Under the pieces are notes generated by a model, which did not search any database, had not been told where the DNA came from, and was given only the letters and a program-made list of their open reading frames with translations. Shown here piece after piece: positions 29,695 to 39,275 of a stretch of 64,000 nucleotides of DNA. Origin of the DNA: an uncultured Desulfobacteraceae bacterium (GTDB lineage Bacteria > Desulfobacterota > Desulfobacteria > Desulfobacterales > UBA5852); assembly GCA_913060875.1 (NCBI GenBank), contig CAJXSL010000008.1:18807-82806 (forward strand), written 5' to 3'. The first letter of the stretch is position 1. Each line of letters begins with the position of its first letter. The translations under genes were made by a program, and so were the position numbers.

Positions 29695-29895
29695 GTGGCA
29701 GCCATAAAAAAATACCGGTGTGAAAAATGCGGTTTGCAGATTGAACGGGAAGGAGCGGCCTCCGGCCTTTCGGATTGCTGCCAGGGACGCTGGGTCGAGG
29801 TGGAGCAACTGCCGGCCTGCGGCATGCCCGCCTCGGCGGAGCATTCCCGACTGGATGTTGAAGACGGGCCCTGTGACGATGGGCGGTCGGGCTAA
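29695..29895 (+). CDS. Small Cys-rich protein (CxxC..CC..C..C)
   Basis: SD GGAGG before GTG; YRCEKCG...DCCQ...PACG...AEHSR...PCDDGR. Confidence 0.65.
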   Translation: MAAIKKYRCEKCGLQIEREGAASGLSDCCQGRWVEVEQLPACGMPASAEHSRLDVEDGPCDDGRSG

Positions 29896-29952
29896 CGAAA
29901 TAGGTGACTTTATCTTGCGGCCAGCTATTCGTAAAGAAGCGTGAGGTATGCC

Positions 29953-30273
29953 ATGAACAAGCAATTTGTCTACATGACCGCCGGAAGCCGGGATGAAGCC
30001 CAACGGATCGGTGAAGCTCTTGTGGAAAAGCGGGTGGCGGCCTGCGTCAATATCATCGATGCCATGCACAGCATCTACCGCTGGGAGGGGGCGATCCAGA
30101 AAGATCGGGAAGTGGTCATGATCGCCAAAACAACCCGGAGCCGGCTACCGGAATTGATTGACACCGTCAATGCCCTGCACAGCTATGACTGCCCCTGCAT
30201 CCTCAGTTTCGACATCGACGGCGGCAATCCGGCCTTTTTGGAATGGATTGGCGCCGAGGTGGGTGAAGGGTGA
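29953..30273 (+). CDS. cutA: Divalent-cation tolerance protein CutA
   Basis: AACVNI, SIYRWEG, KT, LHSYDCP. Confidence 0.93.
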   Translation: MNKQFVYMTAGSRDEAQRIGEALVEKRVAACVNIIDAMHSIYRWEGAIQKDREVVMIAKTTRSRLPELIDTVNALHSYDCPCILSFDIDGGNPAFLEWIGAEVGEG

Positions 30274-30319
30274 TTCTAAAGAAATCGCATGTCTTCCGCT
30301 TTCTGGCAGAAGACGCGCT

Positions 30320-32686
30320 TCATCTCCCCTCATGGGCCGTGCGCCTTATGATTTCCTCCTGCAGTTCCGGCGTCAAATCCACGAAATAATCACTGTAGCC
30401 GGCCACCCGCACGATCAGGTCGCGATGGGCCTCGGGATCCTTCTGGGCCTTGCGCAGGGTTTCGGCATCCACCACGTTGAACTGGATGTGGTGGCCGTCC
30501 ATGCGGAAATAGGTCCTGACCAACTGGGCCAGGCGTTCGATGCCGGTGTCGTCCGCCAGGATATGGGGGAGAAATTTCTGGTTCAGCAGGGTACCGCCCG
30601 TGCGCACATGGTCGATCTTGGCGGCGGACTTGAGAACCGCGGTGGGCCCCTGGCGGTCGGCGCCCTGGACCGGGGAAATGCCTTCGGAAAGCGGTGTGCC
30701 GGATCGGCGCCCGTCCGGGGTGGCTCCTAGTTTGCTCCCGAAATACACGTGCACGGTGGTGGGCAAGAGGTTGATGCGGTGGACCCCGCCCTTGGTGTTG
30801 GGCCGGCCGTTGATCGCCCGGTAATAGGCCTCGAAAACCCGGCGCAGGATATCGTCGGCGCGGTCGTCGTCGTTGCCGTAGCGGGGTGTTTCCTCTCCCA
30901 GCCGGCGCCGCAGGGCCTCGGCCTCACGGAAGTCTTCCGCCAGCCGGCGCAGCATTTCCGGCATGGAGAGCAGTTTGCGGTCGAACACGTTATATTTCAG
31001 GGACGACAGGCTGTCCGTGACGGTGCCGAGCCCCACCCCCTGGATGTAAGAGGTGTTGTAGCGGGCGCCGCCGGCATTGTAGTCGGTGCCGTTGGCGATG
31101 CAGTCGTCGATCAACAGGGACAGGAACGGTACCGGCATATACTTGGCGTTGATGCGTTCGATGATGTTGTTACCCAGGATTTTGATGTCCACGAAATAGG
31201 CCAGCTGACGCTCGAAGGCTTCAAACAGGTCGTCGAAGCCGGTGAAGGCGGCCGCCTTCCCGGTGTCCGGCCCGATGCGTTCGCCGGTCTGCGGGTCAAC
31301 CCCGTCGTTCAGGGTCAGTTCCAGGATCTTGGGCAGGTTGAAATAGCCGGTCAAAATATAGCATTCCTTGCCGAAAGCCCCGCTTTCCACGCAGCCGCTG
31401 GCTCCCCCGTTGCGGGCGTCGGCAATGGATTTACCCTGGCGCACAAGTTCCTGGACGATGGCATCGGTATTGAAGATGGACGGTTGCCCAAAGCCGGTTT
31501 TGACGATGTGCAGCGCCCGTTTCAGGAATCGGTCGGGGTTTTTCTTGCTGATCTGCACCATGGCGCTGGGCTGCAGCAGCCGCATTTCTTCAACCACGTC
31601 GAGGATGAGATAGCTCAGGTCGTTGACGGCGTCGGCGCCGTCGGCGTTAACCCCGCCGGTGTTGATCAGGGCGAAGTCGACGTAGGTGTTGCTTTCTTTG
31701 GCCGTCACCCCGACCTTGGGCGGGGCCGGATGGTTGTTGAATTTGATCCAGAAGGCCTGAAGCAATTCACGGGCTCGCTCTTCGGTCAGCGTGCCGGCGT
31801 CCGTTTCGTGGCGGTAAAAGGGGTAGAGGTGCTGATCAAGGCGCCCCGGGTTGAAGGCGTCCCAGGGGTTCAATTCGGTGATGACCCCCACGTGCACAAA
31901 CCAGTAATATTGCAGGGCCTCCCAGAAGGTGTCGGGTTTGTGGGCCGGAACCTTGCGGCAGATGGCCGCCATCCTTCGCAGTTCCTCGGCCCGCTCCGGG
32001 TCGGTTTCCTCCGCCGCCAGGCGGGTGAGTTCGCGGGCATGCCGCCGGGCAAATGCGATCAGGGCGTCGGCCGCGATATCCATGGCCTGCAATGCTTCCT
32101 GCTTGTCCAGGGCCTGGGGGTCGTTATAAAAATCCAGGGCGGCGGCTGTTTCGGCAATGTCCTGTTTGAGATCGAGAAATCCGCGGCGGTAGATTTTGTC
32201 CCCCAGCACGGTATGGCCGGGTGAGCGCTGCTCCTGGAATTCGGTGAAAACGCCGGCCCGGTAGGCGGCCTGCCAGCGTTCGGGCAACTGTCTGAACAGG
32301 TGGTCGCGGATGGTGCGGCCCTTCCAGAAGGGGATGATGTCTTCTTCATAGGCCTGGCGCATGCCGGCGTCGGATGCGTACGGCACCTTGGGCCGGTCAT
32401 TGAGAATTTCCAAATCCTCCAGGCTGTGCAGGCAGATTTCAGGGTAGGTGGGTGTGGCTTTGGGCGCCGGGCCGCGTTCGCCCACGATCAGCTCCCCCGG
32501 CTGGATGCAGAGGGTCTGGTTGGCGAGGATGTGCTGGAAAACCCTGGCCCGCTGGATGGCGACGGCCTCTCCGGCCAGGCGGCCGCTTTGCAGCAGGCGG
32601 GTGACCAGCAGCGCCCGCTCGGCGCTTAATGTCGCGCGGGCGTCCAGGCTCTGCTGCCGCAGGTTGCGAATGCGTGCGTTCATCAT
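30320..32686 (-). CDS. hypD: Glycyl radical enzyme, trans-4-hydroxy-L-proline dehydratase type
   Basis: RVAGYS glycyl loop; SGCVE; HypD-type segments FTEFxEQRxPGHTV, WDAF, ESxTYxDF, LTGY, LPTT. Confidence 0.85.
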   Translation of the reverse strand: MMNARIRNLRQQSLDARATLSAERALLVTRLLQSGRLAGEAVAIQRARVFQHILANQTLCIQPGELIVGERGPAPKATPTYPEICLHSLEDLEILNDRPKVPYASDAGMRQAYEEDIIPFWKGRTIRDHLFRQLPERWQAAYRAGVFTEFQEQRSPGHTVLGDKIYRRGFLDLKQDIAETAAALDFYNDPQALDKQEALQAMDIAADALIAFARRHARELTRLAAEETDPERAEELRRMAAICRKVPAHKPDTFWEALQYYWFVHVGVITELNPWDAFNPGRLDQHLYPFYRHETDAGTLTEERARELLQAFWIKFNNHPAPPKVGVTAKESNTYVDFALINTGGVNADGADAVNDLSYLILDVVEEMRLLQPSAMVQISKKNPDRFLKRALHIVKTGFGQPSIFNTDAIVQELVRQGKSIADARNGGASGCVESGAFGKECYILTGYFNLPKILELTLNDGVDPQTGERIGPDTGKAAAFTGFDDLFEAFERQLAYFVDIKILGNNIIERINAKYMPVPFLSLLIDDCIANGTDYNAGGARYNTSYIQGVGLGTVTDSLSSLKYNVFDRKLLSMPEMLRRLAEDFREAEALRRRLGEETPRYGNDDDRADDILRRVFEAYYRAINGRPNTKGGVHRINLLPTTVHVYFGSKLGATPDGRRSGTPLSEGISPVQGADRQGPTAVLKSAAKIDHVRTGGTLLNQKFLPHILADDTGIERLAQLVRTYFRMDGHHIQFNVVDAETLRKAQKDPEAHRDLIVRVAGYSDYFVDLTPELQEEIIRRTAHEGR

Positions 32687-32688
32687 GT

Positions 32689-33468
32689 TCAGCCTCCTAC
32701 CGTGAGGGCAAACCCGTCACGTGCCAAATCCGCTTTGACGCGGTCGATGACATCCGCCTCCGGCGGGGCCAGGTCACCCAGGCGGTCGGGGTGCCCGAGG
32801 CGATGGAATTTTTGCCGATGGATGTCATGATAGGGCAAAAGGTCGATACGCCTCAGCCCCAATTCCTGCAGAAAATGCTTCATTTTCCCCAGATGATCCG
32901 ACGTATCGTTGATGTGCGGAATCAACGGAAAACGAATGATCACTTCCCTGCCGGTTCGCACCAGATGGCGCAGATTGGCCAGGAGGCGGTCATTGGACAC
33001 GCCGGTGTATTTCCGGTGATGGGCATCATCCAGAAGTTTAAGATCATACAGGAAGAGGTCAACCAGAGGCGCGATGCGGGCCATGATGTCAGCCGGGGCA
33101 TGGCCGGTGGTGTCGAGGGCCGTGTGGATGCCCTGTCGGCGGCACTGGGCCAGTACTGCGGCCAGAAAGTCCGGTTGCAGGAGGGGTTCACCCCCTGAAA
33201 ACGTTACGCCGCCCCCGCTTTCATCGTAGAAAAGCAAATCTTTTTCGATTTCGGCCATGACCTGGCCGACGCTCATCAAAGCGCCTACCGTTATTGGGCC
33301 CGTATCGCCGGGTCCGCCGGCCATGGATTCCGGCTCCGGCCGCTGACCCTCGGGATTGTGGCACCACCAGCAGTTCATGGGGCAGCCCTTCAGAAAAATG
33401 GTGGTGCGGATACCGGGGCCGTCATGGATGGCGAATTTCTTAATGTCGAAAATCGTGCCCTGTGTCAT
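32689..33468 (-). CDS. Glycyl radical enzyme activating protein (radical SAM)
   Basis: HDGPGIRTTIFLKGCPMNCWWCHNPE; SGGEP; LLPYH; directly upstream of the GRE. Confidence 0.93.
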   Translation of the reverse strand: MTQGTIFDIKKFAIHDGPGIRTTIFLKGCPMNCWWCHNPEGQRPEPESMAGGPGDTGPITVGALMSVGQVMAEIEKDLLFYDESGGGVTFSGGEPLLQPDFLAAVLAQCRRQGIHTALDTTGHAPADIMARIAPLVDLFLYDLKLLDDAHHRKYTGVSNDRLLANLRHLVRTGREVIIRFPLIPHINDTSDHLGKMKHFLQELGLRRIDLLPYHDIHRQKFHRLGHPDRLGDLAPPEADVIDRVKADLARDGFALTVGG

Positions 33469-33635
33469 GGAATGCGCATCGCCCTTCCTAATCCGGCATG
33501 ATCCTGGTTAGGGGGGGCGCTGTCGCCCGGATCATGCTTACGTTGGCGCTAATTGTATAAATCCAACCTACCATATCACCTGCCGGCCTGTAAATTCAGC
33601 CGGAATAAGGACCGGTGGGGTGTGACAGAAGAAAA

Positions 33636-33683
33636 ATGAATGTCATTCATCTGTTGACAGGCCATTTAAATACATAATATAAA
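33636..33683 (+). promoter_or_regulatory. Sigma70-type promoter with adjacent palindromic operator for the TRAP operon
   Basis: ATGAATG-T-CATTCAT palindrome (33636-33650), then TTGACA-N18-TATAAA. Confidence 0.55.
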
Positions 33684-33801
33684 TCATTCGCCCTTTTAAC
33701 GGCGTTGTGACAAACGGGTCGATACGATTTGTGCAAGTGCTCCTGAGCCTGGACATTCCGAATGCGATAACGCGATATTTTTTGCGGCGAAAGAAGATCG
33801 A

Positions 33802-34332
33802 ATGGGTCTGATCATCAAACTCTGTCGTTGGATCGACGCGCTGAACACCTGGGTGGGACATGTCGTCGCCTGGGCTACGGCTATTGTGGTGGCGGTGGTT
33901 TTTATCGACGTGGTCATGCGCTACGCCTTCAACATCAGTTTCGTGTTCACCCAGGAACTCGAATGGCATCTGTTCGCGTTCATCTTCCTGATGGGGGCGG
34001 GCTACACGCTGCTGAAAGACGGGCACGTGCGGGTGGACATCTTTTACCAGCGCTGCAGTCCTAAAACACAGGCCTGGATCAATCTGCTGGGGGTCATTTT
34101 CTTCCTGATCCCGGGCTGCTACATGATCATCGCCACTTCGCTCAATTTTGTCTACAACGCATGGGTTGTCATGGAGGGTTCCCCCGACCCCGGCGGCATT
34201 CCCTACCGTTTCCTTCTAAAAAGCTGCATACCGGCGGGCTTTGTCCTGATCCTGCTCCAAGGACTTTCCCTGTTCGGCAAAAGCCTGCTCACCATTCTCG
34301 GAAAAGAGACGGACGCGGAGGGGGGACGCTGA
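33802..34332 (+). CDS. TRAP transporter small permease (DctQ)
   Basis: VVMRY, ELEWHL, GHVRVDI; four TM segments. Confidence 0.92.
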   Translation: MGLIIKLCRWIDALNTWVGHVVAWATAIVVAVVFIDVVMRYAFNISFVFTQELEWHLFAFIFLMGAGYTLLKDGHVRVDIFYQRCSPKTQAWINLLGVIFFLIPGCYMIIATSLNFVYNAWVVMEGSPDPGGIPYRFLLKSCIPAGFVLILLQGLSLFGKSLLTILGKETDAEGGR

Positions 34333-35660
34333 TGTTTATGGAGTATCTGCCCGGTTGGATGTTCCTGGCCCTGACGATTCTGCTGATGGTGGGCTTTCCC
34401 GTCACCTTTACCCTCATGGGCACCGCCCTGACTTTCGGCCTGATCGGGTTCGGTTGGGATTTTTTCAATCTGCTGCCCCTGCGCATCTGGGGTGTGATGA
34501 CCAACGTGACCCTGCTGGCTGTTCCCCTTTTCGTTTTCATGGGGGTGATGCTGGAGCGCTCCGGTTTGGCCGAAGAACTGTTGGATACCATGGGGCTGGC
34601 CTTCGGCCGTTTGCGGGGCGGTCTGGCAATTTCCGTAGTGGTGGTCGGGGCCCTGCTGGGGGCTTCCACCGGCATTGTGGGGGCCACGGTGGTCACCATG
34701 GGGTTGCTGGCCGTGCCCACCATGCTCAAACGGGGCTACCAGAAGGAGATGGCCACGGGAACCGTGTCAGCCTCGGGCACCCTGGGGCAAATTATTCCCC
34801 CCAGCATCGTGCTGGTCCTGATCGGGGACATCGTGGGGGTCCCGGTGGGGGATCTCTTCATGGGCGCCGTCCTGCCGGGCATGGTACTGGTGGGGCTCTA
34901 CATCCTCTACATTCTTATCGCCGCGTTTCTAAAACCGGACTGGGCACCGGCCATCCCCAAGGAGGAACTGGCGGCCCTGACCCCGGCCATCATGCTCAAG
35001 AAATTCAGCCGGGCTCTGTTTCCGCCCCTGTTTCTCATGGTGGCGGTGCTGGGATCGATCTTTGCCGGCATCGCCTCACCCACCGAGGCGGCCGGTGTGG
35101 GGGCGGTGGGGGCGACCCTGCTGACCATCGCCAATAAAAAATTCAGCCTGAAAATTTTGCAGGAAGTCATGCATTCCACCATGAAGCTGACCTGCATGGT
35201 GTTCATCATTTTGGTGGGGGCGGCCTCGTTCGGCCTGGTGTTCCGCGGGATGGGCGGTGATGAGCTGGTCCGTGCCTTTCTGGGGGGCATCTCCCACCAG
35301 TACGGCCAGTGGACCGTGCTGGCCATCGTCATGGGGATCATCTTCGTCATCGGTTTTTTCCTGGATTTTATCGAAATTACCTTCATTCACGTGCCGGTGC
35401 TGGCGCCGATCATGATCGAGTTCGGATTCGACCCGGCCTGGTTCTGCATCCTGATCGCCGTGAATCTGCAGACCTCGTTCATGACGCCGCCTTTCGGGTT
35501 TTCCCTGTTCTATCTCAAGGCGGTAACCCCGCCGGAAATTCGAACCGGCCACATTTACCGTGGGATTATTCCCTTTGTGTTCTTCCAACTCATCGGGCTT
35601 CTGATCGTGGTGTTTTTTCCCGAGTTGGTGACGTGGCTGCCGTCGGTGGTCTTCAAATAG
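34332..35660 (+). CDS. TRAP transporter large permease (DctM)
   Basis: LAVPLF, GTLGQIIPPS, SPTEAA, TPPFG; TGATG coupling to dctQ. Confidence 0.94.
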   Translation: MFMEYLPGWMFLALTILLMVGFPVTFTLMGTALTFGLIGFGWDFFNLLPLRIWGVMTNVTLLAVPLFVFMGVMLERSGLAEELLDTMGLAFGRLRGGLAISVVVVGALLGASTGIVGATVVTMGLLAVPTMLKRGYQKEMATGTVSASGTLGQIIPPSIVLVLIGDIVGVPVGDLFMGAVLPGMVLVGLYILYILIAAFLKPDWAPAIPKEELAALTPAIMLKKFSRALFPPLFLMVAVLGSIFAGIASPTEAAGVGAVGATLLTIANKKFSLKILQEVMHSTMKLTCMVFIILVGAASFGLVFRGMGGDELVRAFLGGISHQYGQWTVLAIVMGIIFVIGFFLDFIEITFIHVPVLAPIMIEFGFDPAWFCILIAVNLQTSFMTPPFGFSLFYLKAVTPPEIRTGHIYRGIIPFVFFQLIGLLIVVFFPELVTWLPSVVFK

Positions 35661-35703
35661 CGCGTATCATTTCCTTGAACCCGCAGCAAAGGAGAAGGAA
35701 GGT

Positions 35704-36843
35704 ATGGAACGACGTGATTTCTTGAGGAAAGCAGGTCTGGCAGCGGCCGGTGCGGTCGCGGCCGGCGCCGGTCTGGCCGGATGTGCCCAGCAGAAGGAAG
35801 AAGAGGTCAAAGGTCCGGCGGTTCAGCCGAAAAAGACCTACGAGTGGAAGATGGTCACCACCTGGCCGCCCAACCTGCCGGTGCTGCAGACCGGGGCGGT
35901 AAGGTTTGCCAAGCGCGTAGAAGAAGCTTCGGGCGGGCAGCTCAAAATCCAGGTGTTCGCCGGCGGCGAACTGGTGCCGCCCCTGGGTGTTTTTGATGCG
36001 GTTTCCGAAGGCACGGTGGAATGCGGCAGCGGGGCCGCCTATTACTGGGCCGGCAAGGTGCCGGCCGCCCAATGGTTTGCCGCCGTACCCTTCGGCTTCA
36101 ATCCCCAGGGCATCAATGCCTGGTTTTACAGCGGCGGCGGCCTGGAACTCTGGGAAGAAGTCTATGCCCCCTTCAACGTCATCCCGCGCCCCCAGGGAAA
36201 TACGGGGGTCCAGATGGGCGGCTGGTTCCGCAAGGAGATGAATTCCATCGATGACTACAAGGGCCTCAAAATGCGCATCCCCGGCCTGGGCGGCAAGGTC
36301 ATCAGCAAGGCCGGCGGCACGGTGGTGCTGCTGCCCGGCGGTGAGATTTTCACTTCCCTGGAGCGCGGCGTTATCGACGCCACCGAGTGGGTGGGCCCCA
36401 TGCACGATCTGCGGATGGGCTTTTACAAGGCCGCCAAGTACTACTACTATCCCGGTTGGCATGAGCCCGGCACCTGCCTGGAGGTCATGTTCAACAAAAA
36501 AGCCTACGAGTCCCTGCCCGTGGAACTGCAGCAGATTCTCGACGCCGTGGCCGCCGAGACCAACATGTGGAGCCTCTGCGAATTCGAGGCTGGCAACGGC
36601 GCGGCCCTGCAGACCCTGATCTCCGAGCACAATGTCAACCTGGTGCGCTTCCCGGAACAGTTGCTGAACGACCTGCGCAAGCTGGCCGACGAAACCCTGG
36701 AAGAGGAAGCCGCCAAGGATGCCATGAGCCGCAAGGTCCACGATGCCTTCAAGAAGTTCAAGGCCCAGGTGGGCGTCTGGGGCTCCGTGTCCGAGAACGC
36801 CTACTACAACGTGATTGCGGATAAGTATGCCTTGAAGAAGTAA
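35704..36843 (+). CDS. TRAP substrate-binding protein (DctP, TakP-like) with Tat/lipoprotein signal
   Basis: RRDFL Tat motif; LAGC lipobox; GNTGVQMGGWF; KMRIPG; EWVGP. Confidence 0.93.
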   Translation: MERRDFLRKAGLAAAGAVAAGAGLAGCAQQKEEEVKGPAVQPKKTYEWKMVTTWPPNLPVLQTGAVRFAKRVEEASGGQLKIQVFAGGELVPPLGVFDAVSEGTVECGSGAAYYWAGKVPAAQWFAAVPFGFNPQGINAWFYSGGGLELWEEVYAPFNVIPRPQGNTGVQMGGWFRKEMNSIDDYKGLKMRIPGLGGKVISKAGGTVVLLPGGEIFTSLERGVIDATEWVGPMHDLRMGFYKAAKYYYYPGWHEPGTCLEVMFNKKAYESLPVELQQILDAVAAETNMWSLCEFEAGNGAALQTLISEHNVNLVRFPEQLLNDLRKLADETLEEEAAKDAMSRKVHDAFKKFKAQVGVWGSVSENAYYNVIADKYALKK

Positions 36844-36877
36844 ATGGAATGGCCGTGAATTGCGTTCGTTGAAAGGT

Positions 36878-36914
36878 AAGCACCCCCGGCAGGATTTGTC
36901 GGGGGTGCTTTTTT
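36878..36914 (+). terminator. Rho-independent terminator
   Basis: AAGCACCCCCGGCA..TGTCGGGGGTGCTTTTTT. Confidence 0.8.
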
Positions 36915-36964
36915 ACGGCGTGTTTGATGAATTTGTGGGCGGTCTTTTATCTGTCATGCCCAAT

Positions 36965-37638
36965 CTATTTTCGGAACTTCCTCCGTCCCAAGCCGGCCAA
37001 GCCCACCAGACCAAGACCCATCAGGACCATGGTGGAGGGTTCCGGCACCTGGGCCACGTCGATGCGTACGGCGAAATCGTCGTGGTTGTCGTCGGGACCG
37101 GCGCCGCCGTCGTCGAGAAAGAGAATCAGGCTGGTGCCGGATGTGGCGGCGGGATCGCCCACAAAGCTCACCAAAAAGTTGGTGTAGATTTCCCCTTCAA
37201 TGGTTTCGTCCGGATTGGCGCCGTTTTCGAGAATTTCGGTGTTATTATTGATGCCGAACCAAAAGGGAATGACCCCGGCATCAAGGTAAAATGGCCCGGC
37301 CAGATCGGCGATGCCGACAACTATATTGGAGCCATAGTCTTCCGTGCTGAAAAGCTTCGTGCTGTCGAGAATGAAATCGTTTTGGTAACCGGCCTCGAAT
37401 CCCAGGAACGTAAAGTGAGATTGGCAGCTTCGGTCAATGCGATGGTGCTGCCATAGTACCCCTCAACGCGCGTGGTACCGGGACCGTAAAGGGTCTCCAC
37501 AAGATCGTTTTTTTCGCCGTCCGGAATGGCGCCGTATGTTCCGGGATCGGCTTCGATGCTTAACATGGGCAGGGCATGGGCGGCCGGGCATAAAAATATG
37601 AACAGCAGAACAATGAACAGACACAATCCTTTCCGCAT
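36965..37638 (-). pseudogene. PEP-CTERM protein gene with a 1-nt frameshift (pseudogene or sequencing error)
   Basis: SD plus signal peptide MRKGLCLF.. from 37638; adding one base at the A3 run 37412-37414 gives ..NLTFTFLGFEAGYQNDF.., open through VPEPSTMVLMGLGLVGLAGLGRRKFRK. Confidence 0.8.
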
Positions 37639-37686
37639 GCGTTTCTCCTTATGAGTTGTGGTAAAATGATTGACCGACACGTCCAC

Positions 37687-37702
37687 GGCAAGTCGTGTGC
37701 CA
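37687..37702 (-). promoter_or_regulatory. Sigma54 (-24/-12) promoter
   Basis: Minus strand TGGCACACGACTTGCC, about 50 nt upstream of the ATG. Confidence 0.8.
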
Positions 37703-38046
37703 TAATAAAAAATCATTAAAATACGATTAGATAGGCAATTCTATGTGGTAGCGCGCCGTGATGTGGAGGCCTGCTTGGGAATATTGTTTCCCATCCGGGG
37801 CGGATGCCACCGCTGACCTGATCGTCGTATCCTATGCGATCCTGCCCTAAGTCCTTAAGCAACAGATGTTAGGAAAGGATTTGCGCATTATGAAAATGTT
37901 TGCCTATTTGTCGGATTAAAAACTTGGATGCGCGACCCTATGGCTTTCCTAAAATGCGTGATGTAGAAGTTTAAAATACTATAAATAACAATGATTTAAA
38001 AGATTTTCGAACTGTGACGTCTGCGACGTAAAGCGTTCTCTGGTGA

Positions 38047-38062
38047 CGGCTCGGATATTGCA
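38047..38062 (+). promoter_or_regulatory. Sigma54 (-24/-12) promoter
   Basis: CGGCTCGGATATTGCA (GG-N10-GC); predicted TSS coincides with the riboswitch 5' end. Confidence 0.65.
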
Positions 38063-38069
38063 TTTACTG

Positions 38070-38152
38070 ACACAAAAGCCAAACCTGGCGGAAGCCGGGG
38101 ACGGAAAGCCACGGGTCCTAAATCGAACTTCGGATAGCCGGGTTGCTGAGAG
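38070..38152 (+). ncRNA. Cyclic di-GMP-I (GEMM) riboswitch
   Basis: GCCAAACC-TGGC-GGAA-GCCG-GGGACGGAAAGCCACGGGTCC...GGATAGCCGGGTTGC matches GEMM P2/P3 with a GNRA loop. Confidence 0.85.
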
Positions 38153-38195
38153 CAAGCCGGCTATTTTTGTCTGTATCGACATAAGGAGATGGGTT

Positions 38196-38771
38196 ATGAA
38201 GAAACTGTTGTGGGGTCTGTTCAGTGTGTTTTTATGTCTGGTATTCATCAGCCCGGCCGGTGCGATGGTTTGGGAGTTGGGCGTTGGTGGAAACGGGCAT
38301 GATTATGTGGTCGTCGGATTTGAGGACATTGCGTGGGGGGATACCTGGGGCGATATCTATAATCTCCTTGGCGATGGCTATGGGTTAGCCACCATTACCA
38401 GTCAGGCGGAACAGGATTTCGTTGAAAGTCTGCTGGCGGGCTATTCCGGCGAGTATTGGATCGGCGGATTCCAGAATCCTGGCGAGGCAGACCCCGAGGC
38501 CGGCTGGAATTGGGTCACGGGTACGGAGGATTGGCATTACACCAACTGGGCAAGCGATGAGCCCAACGACTACAATGGCATCGACGAGATGCACCTGGCC
38601 TTGTGGGACAAATACGAAGCGAACAGTTGGAAATGGAATGACGAGCATAACCGCTTTAACATCGCGGGCTATATCGCCGAAAGCCTGCCCGTGCCCGAAC
38701 CCGGCACCATCGTGCTGATGGGTTTGGCCCTGGTGGGGCTGGCGGGCATGGGGCGCAAGCGGTTCCGCTAA
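38196..38771 (+). CDS. PEP-CTERM protein with C-type lectin-like domain
   Basis: Signal peptide; LATITS, YWIGG, YTNWASDEPND, WKWND; VPEPGT-TM-RKRFR tail. Confidence 0.9.
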   Translation: MKKLLWGLFSVFLCLVFISPAGAMVWELGVGGNGHDYVVVGFEDIAWGDTWGDIYNLLGDGYGLATITSQAEQDFVESLLAGYSGEYWIGGFQNPGEADPEAGWNWVTGTEDWHYTNWASDEPNDYNGIDEMHLALWDKYEANSWKWNDEHNRFNIAGYIAESLPVPEPGTIVLMGLALVGLAGMGRKRFR

Positions 38772-38815
38772 CGTTCATGTGGGACGACAGCCCGTCCCGC
38801 TGGTCTTGTTTTGAC

Positions 38816-38854
38816 GCCGGCATCGTTGCCTATGGCAATGTTGCCGGCTTTTTT
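38816..38854 (+). terminator. Rho-independent terminator
   Basis: GCCGGCA..TTGCC-TAT-GGCAA..TGCCGGC followed by T6. Confidence 0.75.
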
Positions 38855-39063
38855 AGGCGGCCCCCATTTCGGAAAATCAGGCATGAGAATTCCATTTTCC
38901 TATAGGAATTAAAATCCATAATATTATGGGTAATTATAGGTTAAAGTATAGTCCTCCGAAGGCCTTCGAAACGACTATCAGACTTCTATTTGTTTAAATT
39001 AATAAAGTGATTTCGGTATGATAAATTTCATTCATCCCGCTTTCCGTGCTGTGGATCGATGAA

Positions 39064-39079
39064 CGGCACAACATTTGCT
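39064..39079 (+). promoter_or_regulatory. Sigma54 (-24/-12) promoter
   Basis: CGGCACAACATTTGCT (GG-N10-GC). Confidence 0.75.
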
Positions 39080-39089
39080 GAATGGCACC

Positions 39090-39175
39090 CCAGATAAAGC
39101 CAAACCTGGCGCGAGTCAGGGACGGAAAACCACGGATCTCCCAATGCTTGTGCGAGAACGCCGGGTTGCCTCTAC
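39090..39175 (+). ncRNA. Cyclic di-GMP-I (GEMM) riboswitch
   Basis: GCCAAACCTGGC-GCGA-GTCAGGGACGGAAAACCACGGATCTC...GAGAACGCCGGGTTGCC; paralogous to 38070-38152. Confidence 0.82.
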
Positions 39176-39275
39176 CGCGGGGTTGTTTGGTGAAGCGGCC
39201 CTGCCCACATCCAGAGTCGCTGGCGGACGCCTTCCGCCGGCATGATTTTAACGCACAACATGGGAGGAAAGCGTT

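Noticed and set aside
30320-32686. Pyruvate formate-lyase
   Set aside because: Single Cys in GCVE rather than the adjacent CC of PFL; the motifs match HypD
36860-37456. 198-aa plus-strand ORF
   Set aside because: Antisense shadow of the frameshifted PEP-CTERM gene, and it runs through a terminator
38070-39175. cGAMP-specific (GEMM-Ib) assignment of the riboswitches
   Set aside because: By manual alignment the specificity position appears to be G rather than A; kept as c-di-GMP-I pending assay
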